The notes under the pieces were generated by a model, which saw only the letters and a program-made list of their open reading frames with translations, did not search any database and had not been told where the DNA came from. A stretch of DNA of 64,000 nucleotides, taken from assembly GCA_045578365.1 (NCBI GenBank), contig JAZNKC010000033.1, positions 3,009-67,008 of the forward strand, in the 5' to 3' direction. Below, piece after piece: positions 21,307 through 30,989 of the stretch. The position numbers were made by a program, and so were the translations under genes. The DNA is from Ructibacterium sp. (GTDB lineage Bacteria > Bacillota > Clostridia > Monoglobales > Monoglobaceae). Numbering within the stretch: the first letter of the stretch is position 1; each line of letters starts with the position of its first letter.

Positions 21307-21840
21307 CTATTTGACGGTTTCAATCAGGGCATAATCGCCGTCTTTTCTTTTGTATACGATGTTGGTTTCCATCGTATCAGGATTGGTAAAGATAAAGAAG
21401 TCGTGATTCAACATATTCATTTGCAGGATCGCCTCTTCCACAGACATGGGTTTTGCGGAGAAGCGCTTTACCTTAACAATGCGAAATTCCTCATCTTTTG
21501 CTTCTGAATCATCGCTGAAATCGATGTTATAGGATTCAATTTCAGTATCCCGCAGTCGCTTTGCCAATTTTGTTTTATTCTTGCGAATCTGCCGGTCAAT
21601 GTTATTTAAGCAGACATCGACTGCAGCTAAAAGTTCGCGATCGCGAGCCTCGGCGCGAATCAGGAAACCTTTGTAGGGGAAGGTAATTTCTACAACCATA
21701 TGCTCACGCTGTTCGTCAATCAGGATACGACATTCCGTGTCATCATGGAAAAATTTGCTTAGCTTTTCAACCTTGCTCAGAACTTTTTCCTTGCTGGAAT
21801 CCGCCAAATCAACCTTTTTGCAAATAATGTTGTACTTCAT
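21307..21840 (-). CDS. hpf: Ribosome hibernation promoting factor (long HPF)
   Basis: RQIRKNKTKL, KPMSVEEAILQMNMLNHDFFIF, VYKRKDGDYALIE. Confidence 0.93.
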   Translation of the reverse strand: MKYNIICKKVDLADSSKEKVLSKVEKLSKFFHDDTECRILIDEQREHMVVEITFPYKGFLIRAEARDRELLAAVDVCLNNIDRQIRKNKTKLAKRLRDTEIESYNIDFSDDSEAKDEEFRIVKVKRFSAKPMSVEEAILQMNMLNHDFFIFTNPDTMETNIVYKRKDGDYALIETVK

Positions 21841-21988
21841 ACACACGCCTCCTGTCTTTTTGGTTAAGATTAACTAAATAGACTGTTTAAGTCTACTTAA
21901 TCTGTTTATATTATACAATGAAAAGTGAAATATTTCAATGCTTTTTTTGCAACATTTTTGGAAGAAACTCTTGTTCAAACTGCATAAG

Positions 21989-22019
21989 AAAAACGCTATC
22001 GCATATGTGATAGCGTTTT
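21989..22019 (-). terminator. Intrinsic terminator of trkAH
   Basis: AAAACGCTATCGCA..TGATAGCGTTTT hairpin right after the trkH stop. Confidence 0.7.
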
Positions 22020-22023
22020 ATGG

Positions 22024-23466
22024 TTAAAACTTACGCCAAGTCTCCTTTGTGAAAAGCAAAAGAATGGGGAACAGCTCTAAGCGACCGGCAAGCATATCAA
22101 AAATTAAGACAAGCTTACTTCCTGCCGAAAAAACGGAATAATTTCCCAAAGGTCCAACCTGTTCCAGTCCCGGACCAATGTTGTTTAGGGTTGCTGCAAT
22201 TGCAGTAAAGTTGGTAATCAGGTCCAACTCATCAAAACTAATCAGAAAAACGGATGCGGAAAAAATCAAAATATAAGCAACCATAAATACATTGATGGCA
22301 CGCACAACCTCGTGGGGCACTGATTTTCCGTCGTTTTTCAGTTTTCCCACCCGACTGGGATGGAGGAGGTTGGAGGTTTCTTTCCGGACCGTCTTAAACA
22401 AAGTAACAAATCTGGAAATCTTGATACCGCCGCCGGTACTTCCGGCACAAGCACCCACAAACATCAAAAGAACAAGAATGGTTTTAGAAGCCTGCGGCCA
22501 AAGGTTAAAGTCTCCGGTTGAAAATCCAGTGGTGGTTATCATAGACCCCACTTGGAATAATGCGTAACGGAAGGCTTCACTGATACCACTATACAGAGGG
22601 GTAATATTCCATGTAATGATCACACAAGCGCAAAGAATGACGACAAAATACCAACGAACCTCTTCCATGATCAGCGCACGCTTAAATTTTCTGCACAAAA
22701 GCAGGAAGTAAAAGGTGAAGTTTACCCCAAACAGAATCATAAAGACAGAGATCACCGTTTGAATATAGGGTGAGTATTCTGCCATACTGGCGTTTTTGAT
22801 ACCAAAACCACCGGTCCCGGCAGTTGACATTGCTGCAGCAACAGCGTCAAAGAGGGGCATTTTTCCTAACAATAGAAAAACAATTTGTAAAAGCGTCAGT
22901 GCAATATAAATGCCATAGAGAATTGCTGCAGTCGATTGTGTTTTAGGTACCAATTTTTCAACCTGTGGTCCCGGACTTTCCGCTTTCATCAAATTGGTAT
23001 GGGAACCACCTTTAAGGGGGGTGAGTACCAAAAGAAATACCAAAACTCCCATACCGCCAATCCAGTTGGTAAAGCTACGCCAGAAAAGAATACTTTTGGG
23101 GAGAATTTCTACATTGGATAAAATGCTTGCTCCGGTAGTAGTGAAACCGGAAACCGTTTCAAACAATGCGTCAATCGGGCTTGTAATTGCACCGGTTAGC
23201 AGAAAAGGAAGGGCACCCATAATACTGATAACAATCCAGCTTAAAGAGGTGATAACCAAACCTTCTTTCAAATAAAACACATTTTTCTCCGGTTTTTTTC
23301 TGGATAGCAAAAAGCCAATCCCGATACACAAAAGAATGGTAAGCAAAAATGCTTGCGTACACAGAAATTCCCGATATCCAAGGGAAACTGCCAGAGGAAG
23401 CCCCAGCAAAATTCCTTCATATAGCAAGACTTTGCCCAGCAGATAGAAAACCATAGCTATGTTCAT
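22024..23466 (-). CDS. trkH: Trk potassium uptake membrane subunit
   Basis: SGFTTTGAS, GGMG, TTTGF, GACAGSTGGGIK, NNIGPG, GRLE. Confidence 0.95.
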   Translation of the reverse strand: MNIAMVFYLLGKVLLYEGILLGLPLAVSLGYREFLCTQAFLLTILLCIGIGFLLSRKKPEKNVFYLKEGLVITSLSWIVISIMGALPFLLTGAITSPIDALFETVSGFTTTGASILSNVEILPKSILFWRSFTNWIGGMGVLVFLLVLTPLKGGSHTNLMKAESPGPQVEKLVPKTQSTAAILYGIYIALTLLQIVFLLLGKMPLFDAVAAAMSTAGTGGFGIKNASMAEYSPYIQTVISVFMILFGVNFTFYFLLLCRKFKRALIMEEVRWYFVVILCACVIITWNITPLYSGISEAFRYALFQVGSMITTTGFSTGDFNLWPQASKTILVLLMFVGACAGSTGGGIKISRFVTLFKTVRKETSNLLHPSRVGKLKNDGKSVPHEVVRAINVFMVAYILIFSASVFLISFDELDLITNFTAIAATLNNIGPGLEQVGPLGNYSVFSAGSKLVLIFDMLAGRLELFPILLLFTKETWRKF

Positions 23467-23478
23467 AGGGAGCCTCCG

Positions 23479-24837
23479 TTATTTCTTGACAATATCCTGA
23501 ATATCCTGTAACCCTCGGTTTAGCGTAACAACCACCACAGAGTCCCCTACTTGAATCCGGTCAGAGCCCTTGGGGATAATGATTCGGTTTTCTCGGGTAA
23601 TACAACATATCAGCAAATTGGGTTTTAATTCCAGTTCGGACAGTGTTTTCTCAGTTACGATAGAAGGAGTTTCTACCGTAAATTCCAAAGCTTCCACACG
23701 ATCATCCAGAATGTGATACAGAGTTTTGATCTTGTTACCAAATTCATTCTGGATAGAACGGATGTGCTGCAGAATGAAATCACAGGTGAGATATTTGGGA
23801 TAGATGACACTGCCAATGTCCAACCCTTCTAAAATATCATCAAATTCCAAACGATTGATTTTGGTAACCAATTTTGCATGGCTGAGCTTTTTTGCAAAGA
23901 GTGCAAGAAGAACATTTTCTTCATCCAGATTGGTGAGGGGCACAAATGCCTCGACAGACTCCAACCCTTCTTCAAGGAGCAGGTTTCGGTCTGTGCCATC
24001 TCCACAGAGAATATCGGCCTCCGGCAAAAGCTCTGCCAGAGTTTCGCAACGGTCGTGCTTTTGCTCTACAATACGCACCCGAATGTGATGACTGAGCAAA
24101 TCTTTTGCAAGATAATAACTGATGGTTCCGCCACCCACCAAAAGTGCATTTTTCACAGGGCGGTGAGAGAGGTGCAGCTTTTCAAAAAATGCCGTCGCCT
24201 GCTGGCTGGTAGCCAAAAAGGTAATTACATCGTCGGTTTGCAAAGTAAAGTCACCGGACGGGATGGTAACGCTGTCCCCGCGTTCTATGGCGCAAATCAA
24301 CACTCCGTTTCCAAACAGGTCGGGGAATTGTTTTAAGGAAATCCCATTTAATCCGGTTTCTTCGGTCAGACGGAATTTAATCAAGTTTGCCATACCGTCT
24401 GCAAAGGCATCAATTTGGATAGCAGCAGGAAAACGCAAAAGGCGAGAGATTTCCCGTGCGGTTGCAAGTTCCGGATTGATAATTGCAGAAATTTCCAACT
24501 GTTCCTTGGCAAATTCGATTTCCTTGCTATAAATAGGATTGCGCACACGGGCCACAGTGTTACATGCTGTAGCCTTTTTGGCGAATAAGCAACAAAGTAA
24601 ATTCAATTCATCAGAACCGGTAACTGCAATAAAGATGTCTGAGGTTTCAATGCCGGCTTCTGAAAGGACGGCAATGGAGGCACCGTTTCCTACGATTCCC
24701 ATAACATCCAATTCTTCAGTAATATGGCTTATCCGTTCAGAGTCAGTATCTACCACGGTGATGTTGTGTCCTTCATCAATGAGTTTGCGTGCCAAAGCTA
24801 CACCAACCTTGCCACATCCAACAATTACTATCTCCAT
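23479..24837 (-). CDS. trkA: Trk potassium uptake NAD-binding subunit
   Basis: Two RCK domains (IVGCGKVG; LVGGGTIS), GDGTD. Confidence 0.95.
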   Translation of the reverse strand: MEIVIVGCGKVGVALARKLIDEGHNITVVDTDSERISHITEELDVMGIVGNGASIAVLSEAGIETSDIFIAVTGSDELNLLCCLFAKKATACNTVARVRNPIYSKEIEFAKEQLEISAIINPELATAREISRLLRFPAAIQIDAFADGMANLIKFRLTEETGLNGISLKQFPDLFGNGVLICAIERGDSVTIPSGDFTLQTDDVITFLATSQQATAFFEKLHLSHRPVKNALLVGGGTISYYLAKDLLSHHIRVRIVEQKHDRCETLAELLPEADILCGDGTDRNLLLEEGLESVEAFVPLTNLDEENVLLALFAKKLSHAKLVTKINRLEFDDILEGLDIGSVIYPKYLTCDFILQHIRSIQNEFGNKIKTLYHILDDRVEALEFTVETPSIVTEKTLSELELKPNLLICCITRENRIIIPKGSDRIQVGDSVVVVTLNRGLQDIQDIVKK

Positions 24838-24953
24838 ACAATCACTTCTCCGTTTTGTGAAATTTATCCTTTATGCTATTATAACACTTTTTTTATAAAA
24901 GTCTATATAAAATATAAAAATAATCGGCGACCTCAAGGCCGCCGATTGCTGAA

Positions 24954-25289
24954 CTAACTGTTTTCCAATGCTTGCTCCAACCAGAACATACCAATATCAA
25001 ATGCTTTATATAAACCATCACGTTCTGCTTGGCGAACCAACTGAGAACGTTTTCCCTCGTTGGTTTTCAGCTCGATAATAACATGCTTTGCAATCTGCAA
25101 ATCTTCCAGCGGTTCTTGTTCATCAAGCCGGAAAATAACCACATATTTGTCTTCAGGGTTTCCATAATAAATGGTATTTCCACAACGCAATAACGGCTTT
25201 CCGTTGTAGGTGAGAAGCTGCTTTTCAGCGCTTTCCTCAACCTTTTTCTTTTTGGTTGCAGTCTGCTTCGTCGTTGTTTTTTCAGCCAT
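24954..25289 (-). CDS. Conserved hypothetical protein
   Basis: LTYNGKPLLRCGNTIYYGNPEDKY..GLYKAFDIG; AAAGGTG RBS and upstream TTGAAA-17-TATGAT. Confidence 0.7.
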   Translation of the reverse strand: MAEKTTTKQTATKKKKVEESAEKQLLTYNGKPLLRCGNTIYYGNPEDKYVVIFRLDEQEPLEDLQIAKHVIIELKTNEGKRSQLVRQAERDGLYKAFDIGMFWLEQALENS

Positions 25290-25384
25290 TTCCATCACCT
25301 TTCTTTTTTGCAAGAAACTGTCATACCTATTTATCATAACAGATACCGGTAAGAATTTCAAGTAAAATTTTTATTTGTCTGCGA

Positions 25385-26593
25385 TTACGCCTTGGTTTCT
25401 AATAATTTTTCCATCAAAAGATGTCCAAGGGGTTGGTAAATCCCTGTTTCCTTGGCAGCAGTCTCGGTATAAACTCTCTCTTTTGCAGGGGCATTCTCCT
25501 CACTGCGGAACAGGATATAAGGGATTGGGTCAGAAGTATGTGTCTTGATTGCCAGGGGTGTAGGATGATCTGGCATTACCAAAATATGATAATCTTCGCC
25601 GGATTCTTCTAAATAGGAAAGAAGAGGAGCTACAATCTTGCTGTCAATACACTCGATGGATTTGATTTTGTTGTCAATTTCTCCACGGTGTCCTGCTTCA
25701 TCCGCGCCTTCCAGATGAACATAAACAAAATCGGCACCATTCTTCAATGCGGTGATAGCCGCTTCTGCTTTTCCGTCAAAGTTGGTATGTACTGTTCCGG
25801 TTGCTCCGGGAACCTCAATGACATCCAGCTCTGCACATTGACCAATACCCTTAATCAAATCCACCGCAGAGATCACTGCGCCCTTAATGCCAAAACGAGC
25901 TTGGTATGTATCTAAATTCGGCTTGGTACCATTTCCCCAAATCCAGAGAGAGTTTGCCGGATGCAAGCCTTTTGCCATGCGGGCTTGGTTCACCGGATGA
26001 TCCTTTAAGATTTCGTAGCTTTTCTTCATTAAATTTAAGATGGTTGCATCCTTAGGCAGATATTCCCCAACCACGCGGTCGGAAATATCGTGGGGAGGAG
26101 TCAAAGAAAAAGCGTTCTCCTTGTTGTGCCAAACCATTAAATGCCGGTAACTGATTCCGCCAAAGAATTCATACTCGTCGGTCTTCAGCGCCTGATTGAC
26201 CGCATCAATCAGCTGATGCGCTTCTTCAGTAGTGATTTCGTCAGAGCTGTAATCTACCATTGTTTTTTCTGCATACGCAGGATCATCGGAAAGGGTTACC
26301 AGATTGGCACGGAAAGTGGTATCGGTTAAAACCAACGGAACGCCGATGGATGCCGCCTCCAGAGGAGAACGACCGGTATAATATTTTTGGGGGTCATAGC
26401 CAAAGACGGAAAGATTGGCAACATCACTTCCCGGAGGGAGATTGTCAGGGACAGTAGTAACCATTCCAAGCTCACCCTTGGCTGCCAAAGCATCAATATG
26501 CGGTTTTTTTGCTGCCTCCAACGGGGTTTTCCCGCCCAGGGCGGGAACAGGGGTGTCTGCCGCCCCATCCATCAAAACAACAATATATTTCAT
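25385..26593 (-). CDS. apgM: Cofactor-independent phosphoglycerate mutase (ApgM type)
   Basis: DGAAD..KTPLEAA, PGSDVAN, YTGRSPLEA, DEAGH, PDHPTP. Confidence 0.9.
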   Translation of the reverse strand: MKYIVVLMDGAADTPVPALGGKTPLEAAKKPHIDALAAKGELGMVTTVPDNLPPGSDVANLSVFGYDPQKYYTGRSPLEAASIGVPLVLTDTTFRANLVTLSDDPAYAEKTMVDYSSDEITTEEAHQLIDAVNQALKTDEYEFFGGISYRHLMVWHNKENAFSLTPPHDISDRVVGEYLPKDATILNLMKKSYEILKDHPVNQARMAKGLHPANSLWIWGNGTKPNLDTYQARFGIKGAVISAVDLIKGIGQCAELDVIEVPGATGTVHTNFDGKAEAAITALKNGADFVYVHLEGADEAGHRGEIDNKIKSIECIDSKIVAPLLSYLEESGEDYHILVMPDHPTPLAIKTHTSDPIPYILFRSEENAPAKERVYTETAAKETGIYQPLGHLLMEKLLETKA

Positions 26594-26738
26594 TTTCTTG
26601 CCTCCTGAATTCCATAAATATCAACAGAATTAGTATACTAAAATCCCCAAAAACTGTCAAGAAAAAATCTCATCAAAATACCGACCCTAATGCATGCAAA
26701 AGAGTCGGCATTCTGAGATATTAGGAAAAAGGAGAAAG

Positions 26739-27551
26739 CTATTGTGCGTTTTTGATTTGCAGACGCAATTTGTCCGCAATCATTGCGATAAACTCGGAGT
26801 TGGTGGGCTTTCCTTTGGAATTTGCAATGGTATAACCAAAGAAGGAGTTAAGGACCTCGGTGTCACCTCTATCCCAAGCGACCTCGATGGCGTGACGAAT
26901 GGCACGTTCTACCCGACTGGGTGTGGTGTTGAAATCTTTTGCAACCGTGGGATATAATTCTTTGGTAATGGAATTGATGATATCCAAATCCTCCACAACC
27001 ATCATAATAGCGTGGCGCAGGTATTGATACCCTTTGATATGTGCCGGAATCCCGATTTCGTGAATAATTTCGGTGACCATAGTTTCCATATCCTTGCTTT
27101 GGGACTTCTCATTCAGTCCGCGAATCTCCCCTGCACGAATTTCCTTGCCTTTTGTTGCAGTTTCGGAAGAAAACATACAGATGCGATCCATTAAAACTTC
27201 AAAATCCACCGGCTTTAACATAAAATATTCCGCACCAAGGGCAATGCTTTTTGCTGCAATACTGTCATTGAGAACTGCGCTTACAACCAGAACTTTGGGG
27301 CGTTTTGCCAAATTCAGATTCTGCAATCGTTCCAAGACGCCAATGCCATCAAGGTTTGGCATCACCATATCCAGAATCAATACATCCGGTTCGGTCATTC
27401 GTATCATACTAATCGCTTCATTTCCGTCGTAAGCCATTCCGACAATCTCGATTTTAGGATTTGCTTTCATATATCCGGAAAGAACATCCAAATATTCCCT
27501 ATTGTCATCAGCAATCAAAACCCTTGTCTTTGGTACCATTTGTCCTTGCAT
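26739..27551 (-). CDS. spo0A: Sporulation master regulator Spo0A
   Basis: Receiver domain plus [47 protein letters not shown]. Confidence 0.98.
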   Translation of the reverse strand: MQGQMVPKTRVLIADDNREYLDVLSGYMKANPKIEIVGMAYDGNEAISMIRMTEPDVLILDMVMPNLDGIGVLERLQNLNLAKRPKVLVVSAVLNDSIAAKSIALGAEYFMLKPVDFEVLMDRICMFSSETATKGKEIRAGEIRGLNEKSQSKDMETMVTEIIHEIGIPAHIKGYQYLRHAIMMVVEDLDIINSITKELYPTVAKDFNTTPSRVERAIRHAIEVAWDRGDTEVLNSFFGYTIANSKGKPTNSEFIAMIADKLRLQIKNAQ

Positions 27552-27602
27552 TTTTGTACACTCCTTTGTGAAATTTATCGTTTATTTTTTGTTGGTAAAC
27601 CA

Positions 27603-27632
27603 ATTATAAACTTAATTTACAAATTTTGTCAA
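27603..27632 (-). promoter_or_regulatory. sigma-A promoter of spo0A
   Basis: Minus strand TTGACA-18 nt-TATAAT. Confidence 0.7.
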
Positions 27633-27781
27633 TAGATTTTGCGAAAAAAATTGGAAAATTTTTACACAACTTGGATTTTACTTCCAAAAACCCCTTTTTC
27701 GACTTTTTTCAAAATAAATAGTGGTATCTTCGGAAATTCTATGGTATAATCGTAGAAGTCAAGGACAGAAGGAGAAGAAGT

Positions 27782-29008
27782 ATGAACTATCAGGAAGCGA
27801 TTCAATATATTCATCAGACACCAAAGTTCAGCAGAGAGCTTGGAAACCGTTTGCTTGAAAAATTATTACGTCTGTGTGGAAATCCGGAGCAGAACTTACA
27901 ATGTATTCATATTGCCGGAACCAACGGAAAAGGCTCCACCGCGGTGATGCTTTCCCGAATTTTAGAGGAAGCGGGGTATCGGGTTGGACTGTTTACCTCG
28001 CCTTATATCGAGCGCTTTAATGAACGGATTCAGGTGAACGGAACCCCGATTCCTGATGACGCGCTGGCGAAAATTATAACCACATTGCGGGAGTTAATAG
28101 AAACTCATGATGCACCAGTATCAGAATTTGCTTTGGATACTGCTGCTGCATTTCTTTGGTTTCAGCAACAAAATGTCGATTTTGTCGTTTTGGAAACCGG
28201 ATTGGGAGGGCGATTGGATGCGACCAATGTAATTTCCAAGAGCTTGGTGAGTGTGATTACCAATATCGGACTTGACCACACCCAATATCTTGGAAATACT
28301 TTAGAAGAAATTGCTACCGAAAAGTGTGGTATTATAAAAGAAGGTTCTCCAGTAGTGGTTTATCCTGTACAGGATGAAACTGTTTTTGCCACCATTCAAA
28401 AATGTGCTGACCCAAAAAAGGCAGAGGTATTTGTTGCGGATCTTCCCTGGAAGGGAAAAGCCTATTCCTTAGGACTACAAGGAGAGTTTCAGATTTATAA
28501 CGCCGCAACGGTGCTGAAAGTGATTGATATTTTAAGGGATTCCGGCATCTCTGTTTCAGAAACCGCAGTGGAAGAAGGGTTAAAAAATGCCCACAATCCT
28601 GCAAGGTTTGAACGATTTGGCGAACAAATCATCCTGGATGGTGCTCATAATCCTCAGGCAATGCAAGCCCTTTGTCAAACATTGCAAACTCTTGAAAAAC
28701 CGCTTTATTTTTGCACTGCAATGATGGAAGATAAGGATTACTTATCTTGCGTAAAAATCTTAAAAAACTACGCCAAAGGTGTTGTTGTAACAGAAATTCC
28801 AATGCCGCGATGTTGCTCGAAAGAATTATTGAGAGAAACATTTTCCAATCAGGGAGTGGAAGAAGTTGTGGCGGTGCAATCTCCTAAGGATGCAGTAGAA
28901 ACTGCACTTACTATGGCAGGGACGAATGGAATCGTCTGCGTGTGCGGCTCGTTGTACCTTGCCGGCGAATTAAGACCTTATCTAAAAAAACAAAAAGCAA
29001 ACCGTTAA
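27782..29008 (+). CDS. folC: Folylpolyglutamate synthase/dihydrofolate synthase
   Basis: IHIAGTNGKGS, FTSPY, ETGLGGRLDATN, LDGAHNP, CGSLYLAG. Confidence 0.96.
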   Translation: MNYQEAIQYIHQTPKFSRELGNRLLEKLLRLCGNPEQNLQCIHIAGTNGKGSTAVMLSRILEEAGYRVGLFTSPYIERFNERIQVNGTPIPDDALAKIITTLRELIETHDAPVSEFALDTAAAFLWFQQQNVDFVVLETGLGGRLDATNVISKSLVSVITNIGLDHTQYLGNTLEEIATEKCGIIKEGSPVVVYPVQDETVFATIQKCADPKKAEVFVADLPWKGKAYSLGLQGEFQIYNAATVLKVIDILRDSGISVSETAVEEGLKNAHNPARFERFGEQIILDGAHNPQAMQALCQTLQTLEKPLYFCTAMMEDKDYLSCVKILKNYAKGVVVTEIPMPRCCSKELLRETFSNQGVEEVVAVQSPKDAVETALTMAGTNGIVCVCGSLYLAGELRPYLKKQKANR

Positions 29009-29027
29009 TCCGGTTTGCTTTTTGTTT
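28988..29027. terminator. Bidirectional terminator (folC / recombinase)
   Basis: AAACAAAAAGCAAACCG-TTAATC-CGGTTTGCTTTTTGTTT. Confidence 0.8.
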
Positions 29028-29049
29028 ACATAACATTATTATGGAAACT

Positions 29050-30048
29050 TTATTCGTTTTCCTGCTGGGAAGGCGGTTTGATGCGAGAGAGGGGGTTGTT
29101 TTGCACAGCGCTCCGCATCTGGTCATTATTGATATGAGTATAAATTTCTGTAGTGGAGAGTTGCTTGTGACCCAAAATTTCCTGCAGGACACGAATATCG
29201 ACGCCCGCTTGGTGCATCAAGGTTGCCGCCGTATGCCGTAATTTGTGCGTGGTATATTTATGACTGTCAAGACCGATTTTCTTCACATATTTTTCAACAG
29301 TATATTGTACAGTTCTACGGGAAATACGCTGACTTCGTTCTGAGAGAAACAGAGCGTTTTTATCCCGTGCAGTCGGAGTTTGTTGATTGCGCACCGGCAA
29401 ATATGCTGCGATTGCAGACAGACATGCCTCATTGAGATAAATGGTCCGCTCTTTGTTACCTTTACCAATTACTACCAATGTATCGCCACGGATGTCTGTA
29501 ATGTTAATATTTACCAATTCAGCCAATCGCATACCGCAATTTAAGAACAGCGTGAGAATACAATAATCCCTTGCGGCATTACGATTTTCAACAGATTCCA
29601 AAAGGGAAATGCTGTCTTCTAATGTAAAGTGTTTGGGCAGCTGCTTGGTCATTTTTACAGATTCCAGTTCAGCTGCCGGATTTTCATCCAAAAGTTTTGC
29701 TTTGTTACATAAGTATTTATAGTAGGATTTCAAGGATGAAATTTTTCTTGAACGGGAGCCTGCGGTGTTGCCCCGGTGACGATTGAGATAATTCAGGTAT
29801 TCATAGAGCGTCTGTAAATCCACACGACGGAGCATAGAAACATCCACATTGTCAATCGGGATTTCAGAAAACTCTACAGAGGCATCTACAAAACCAAAAT
29901 AGAGATTTAAGAAACGATAAAAGGTTCTCAAATCATAAAAGTATTCGTCGGCAGTTTTTGCAGACTTTCCTTGAATGCTTTCAATATAAATCAAAAAGGA
30001 CGCCAAAGGCTCCGGAGCCCCGTGGTCCAAGGCTTTTGCTGGTTTCAT
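29050..30048 (-). CDS. Xer-family tyrosine recombinase, candidate chromosome dimer resolvase
   Basis: Intact catalytic set: GMRLAEL (R), GKGNKER (K), HKLRH (HxxR), LGH..STTEIY (H,Y); 332 aa, no arm-binding domain; housekeeping neighbours. Confidence 0.9.
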   Translation of the reverse strand: MKPAKALDHGAPEPLASFLIYIESIQGKSAKTADEYFYDLRTFYRFLNLYFGFVDASVEFSEIPIDNVDVSMLRRVDLQTLYEYLNYLNRHRGNTAGSRSRKISSLKSYYKYLCNKAKLLDENPAAELESVKMTKQLPKHFTLEDSISLLESVENRNAARDYCILTLFLNCGMRLAELVNINITDIRGDTLVVIGKGNKERTIYLNEACLSAIAAYLPVRNQQTPTARDKNALFLSERSQRISRRTVQYTVEKYVKKIGLDSHKYTTHKLRHTAATLMHQAGVDIRVLQEILGHKQLSTTEIYTHINNDQMRSAVQNNPLSRIKPPSQQENE

Positions 30049-30085
30049 AGGGTTTCACCTCTTTTTCGTAAAGCATCCTCTATTG

Positions 30086-30115
30086 TATTGCACAAAATTT
30101 TTATTTTGTGCAATA
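30086..30115. other. Candidate dif (chromosome dimer resolution) site
   Basis: TATTGCACAAAA-TTTTTA-TTTTGTGCAATA: perfect 12-bp inverted arms, 6-bp spacer, 38 nt upstream of the recombinase start, at the apparent GC-skew switch. Confidence 0.72.
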
Positions 30116-30132
30116 TTTAATCTTATTTATTT

Positions 30133-30161
30133 AGTATATCTTCTTTTTGATAACAATACAA
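30133..30161 (-). promoter_or_regulatory. sigma-A promoter of the recombinase gene
   Basis: Minus strand TTGTAT-17 nt-TATACT; places the palindrome in the 5' UTR. Confidence 0.55.
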
Positions 30162-30191
30162 GCATCTTTCTTTTACAGATTTTTTACAAAT

Positions 30192-30962
30192 TTACGGGGT
30201 CAAAAATTGCGGTACTTCTTCTGAGAAGCAGATTCTCTTTTGAAAAATATTTTGTAACGTGATTAAAAAGTTTTTATTCTTAACATTTTTAATTCCGTAC
30301 AAAACAATTTTTTCCGGAACCAAAATCACCAGCGTGCTGATGAGCATATCGTTTTCCTTTTCTGCCTCCTCGTCTATCTCTGGAAATTCATCCAGAAACA
30401 TTTGCTCGCATTCTGTGGTAATTTCCTGATAGGATTCATCATAAAAACGATACGAACCATTAGTATCTGCGACCACATATAATTGGCTGAGTCGGGATTC
30501 TTCCAATTCTACAAAATAATGCAACAAATCCAAAAACTCCCGATAGCTCTCTCTGGACAAATACGCTTCTACACAGTCCTCCAACAAATACGCCGCCTCT
30601 TTGCGGTATTCCTGCATACCAAAAAATGTAAAACCATCCAAATTGATGAAATTGGAAACTTCTGCCAAATCCATAAGACTGTCCTTAATAAAGCGGACAA
30701 AGGCTTCTTTCTCGCGGGAAAACTCCTGTAAAGCTAATCTCTTTACACCGTCAACTTCTTGACTTGACATCCCAACTGTATAAGCGGAAAGTTTTTGAAA
30801 CAGTATTTCTTCTCCATAGGTTTCGTGGAGCCATTTGGCAACACGATTCAAGGTTTCTTCTTTTTGGTGAGGTTTTACTTTCAAACAGTAAATTCCGTTT
30901 TCTCTTCTAAAATCGGAAAGATTTTTCTTTGAGACAATAACTATTTCCTCCAACGGATTCAC
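30192..30962 (-). CDS. ytxC: Putative sporulation protein YtxC
   Basis: INLDGFTFF, ESYREFLDLLHYFVE, DMLISTLVILVPEKIVL, TLQNIFQKRI. Confidence 0.8.
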   Translation of the reverse strand: MNPLEEIVIVSKKNLSDFRRENGIYCLKVKPHQKEETLNRVAKWLHETYGEEILFQKLSAYTVGMSSQEVDGVKRLALQEFSREKEAFVRFIKDSLMDLAEVSNFINLDGFTFFGMQEYRKEAAYLLEDCVEAYLSRESYREFLDLLHYFVELEESRLSQLYVVADTNGSYRFYDESYQEITTECEQMFLDEFPEIDEEAEKENDMLISTLVILVPEKIVLYGIKNVKNKNFLITLQNIFQKRICFSEEVPQFLTP

Positions 30963-30989
30963 CCTTCCTAATACTTTTATAGTACTATG

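Noticed and set aside
29050-30048. Recombinase as a prophage or ICE integrase
   Set aside because: No phage, conjugation or excisionase genes, no tRNA target or att repeats seen; flanked by folC and ytxC.
30086-30115. Palindrome as an intrinsic terminator for ytxC
   Set aside because: AT-rich stem without a proper U-tract, located downstream of a promoter and just before an RBS; the geometry fits a recombination or operator site better, though this is not fully excluded.
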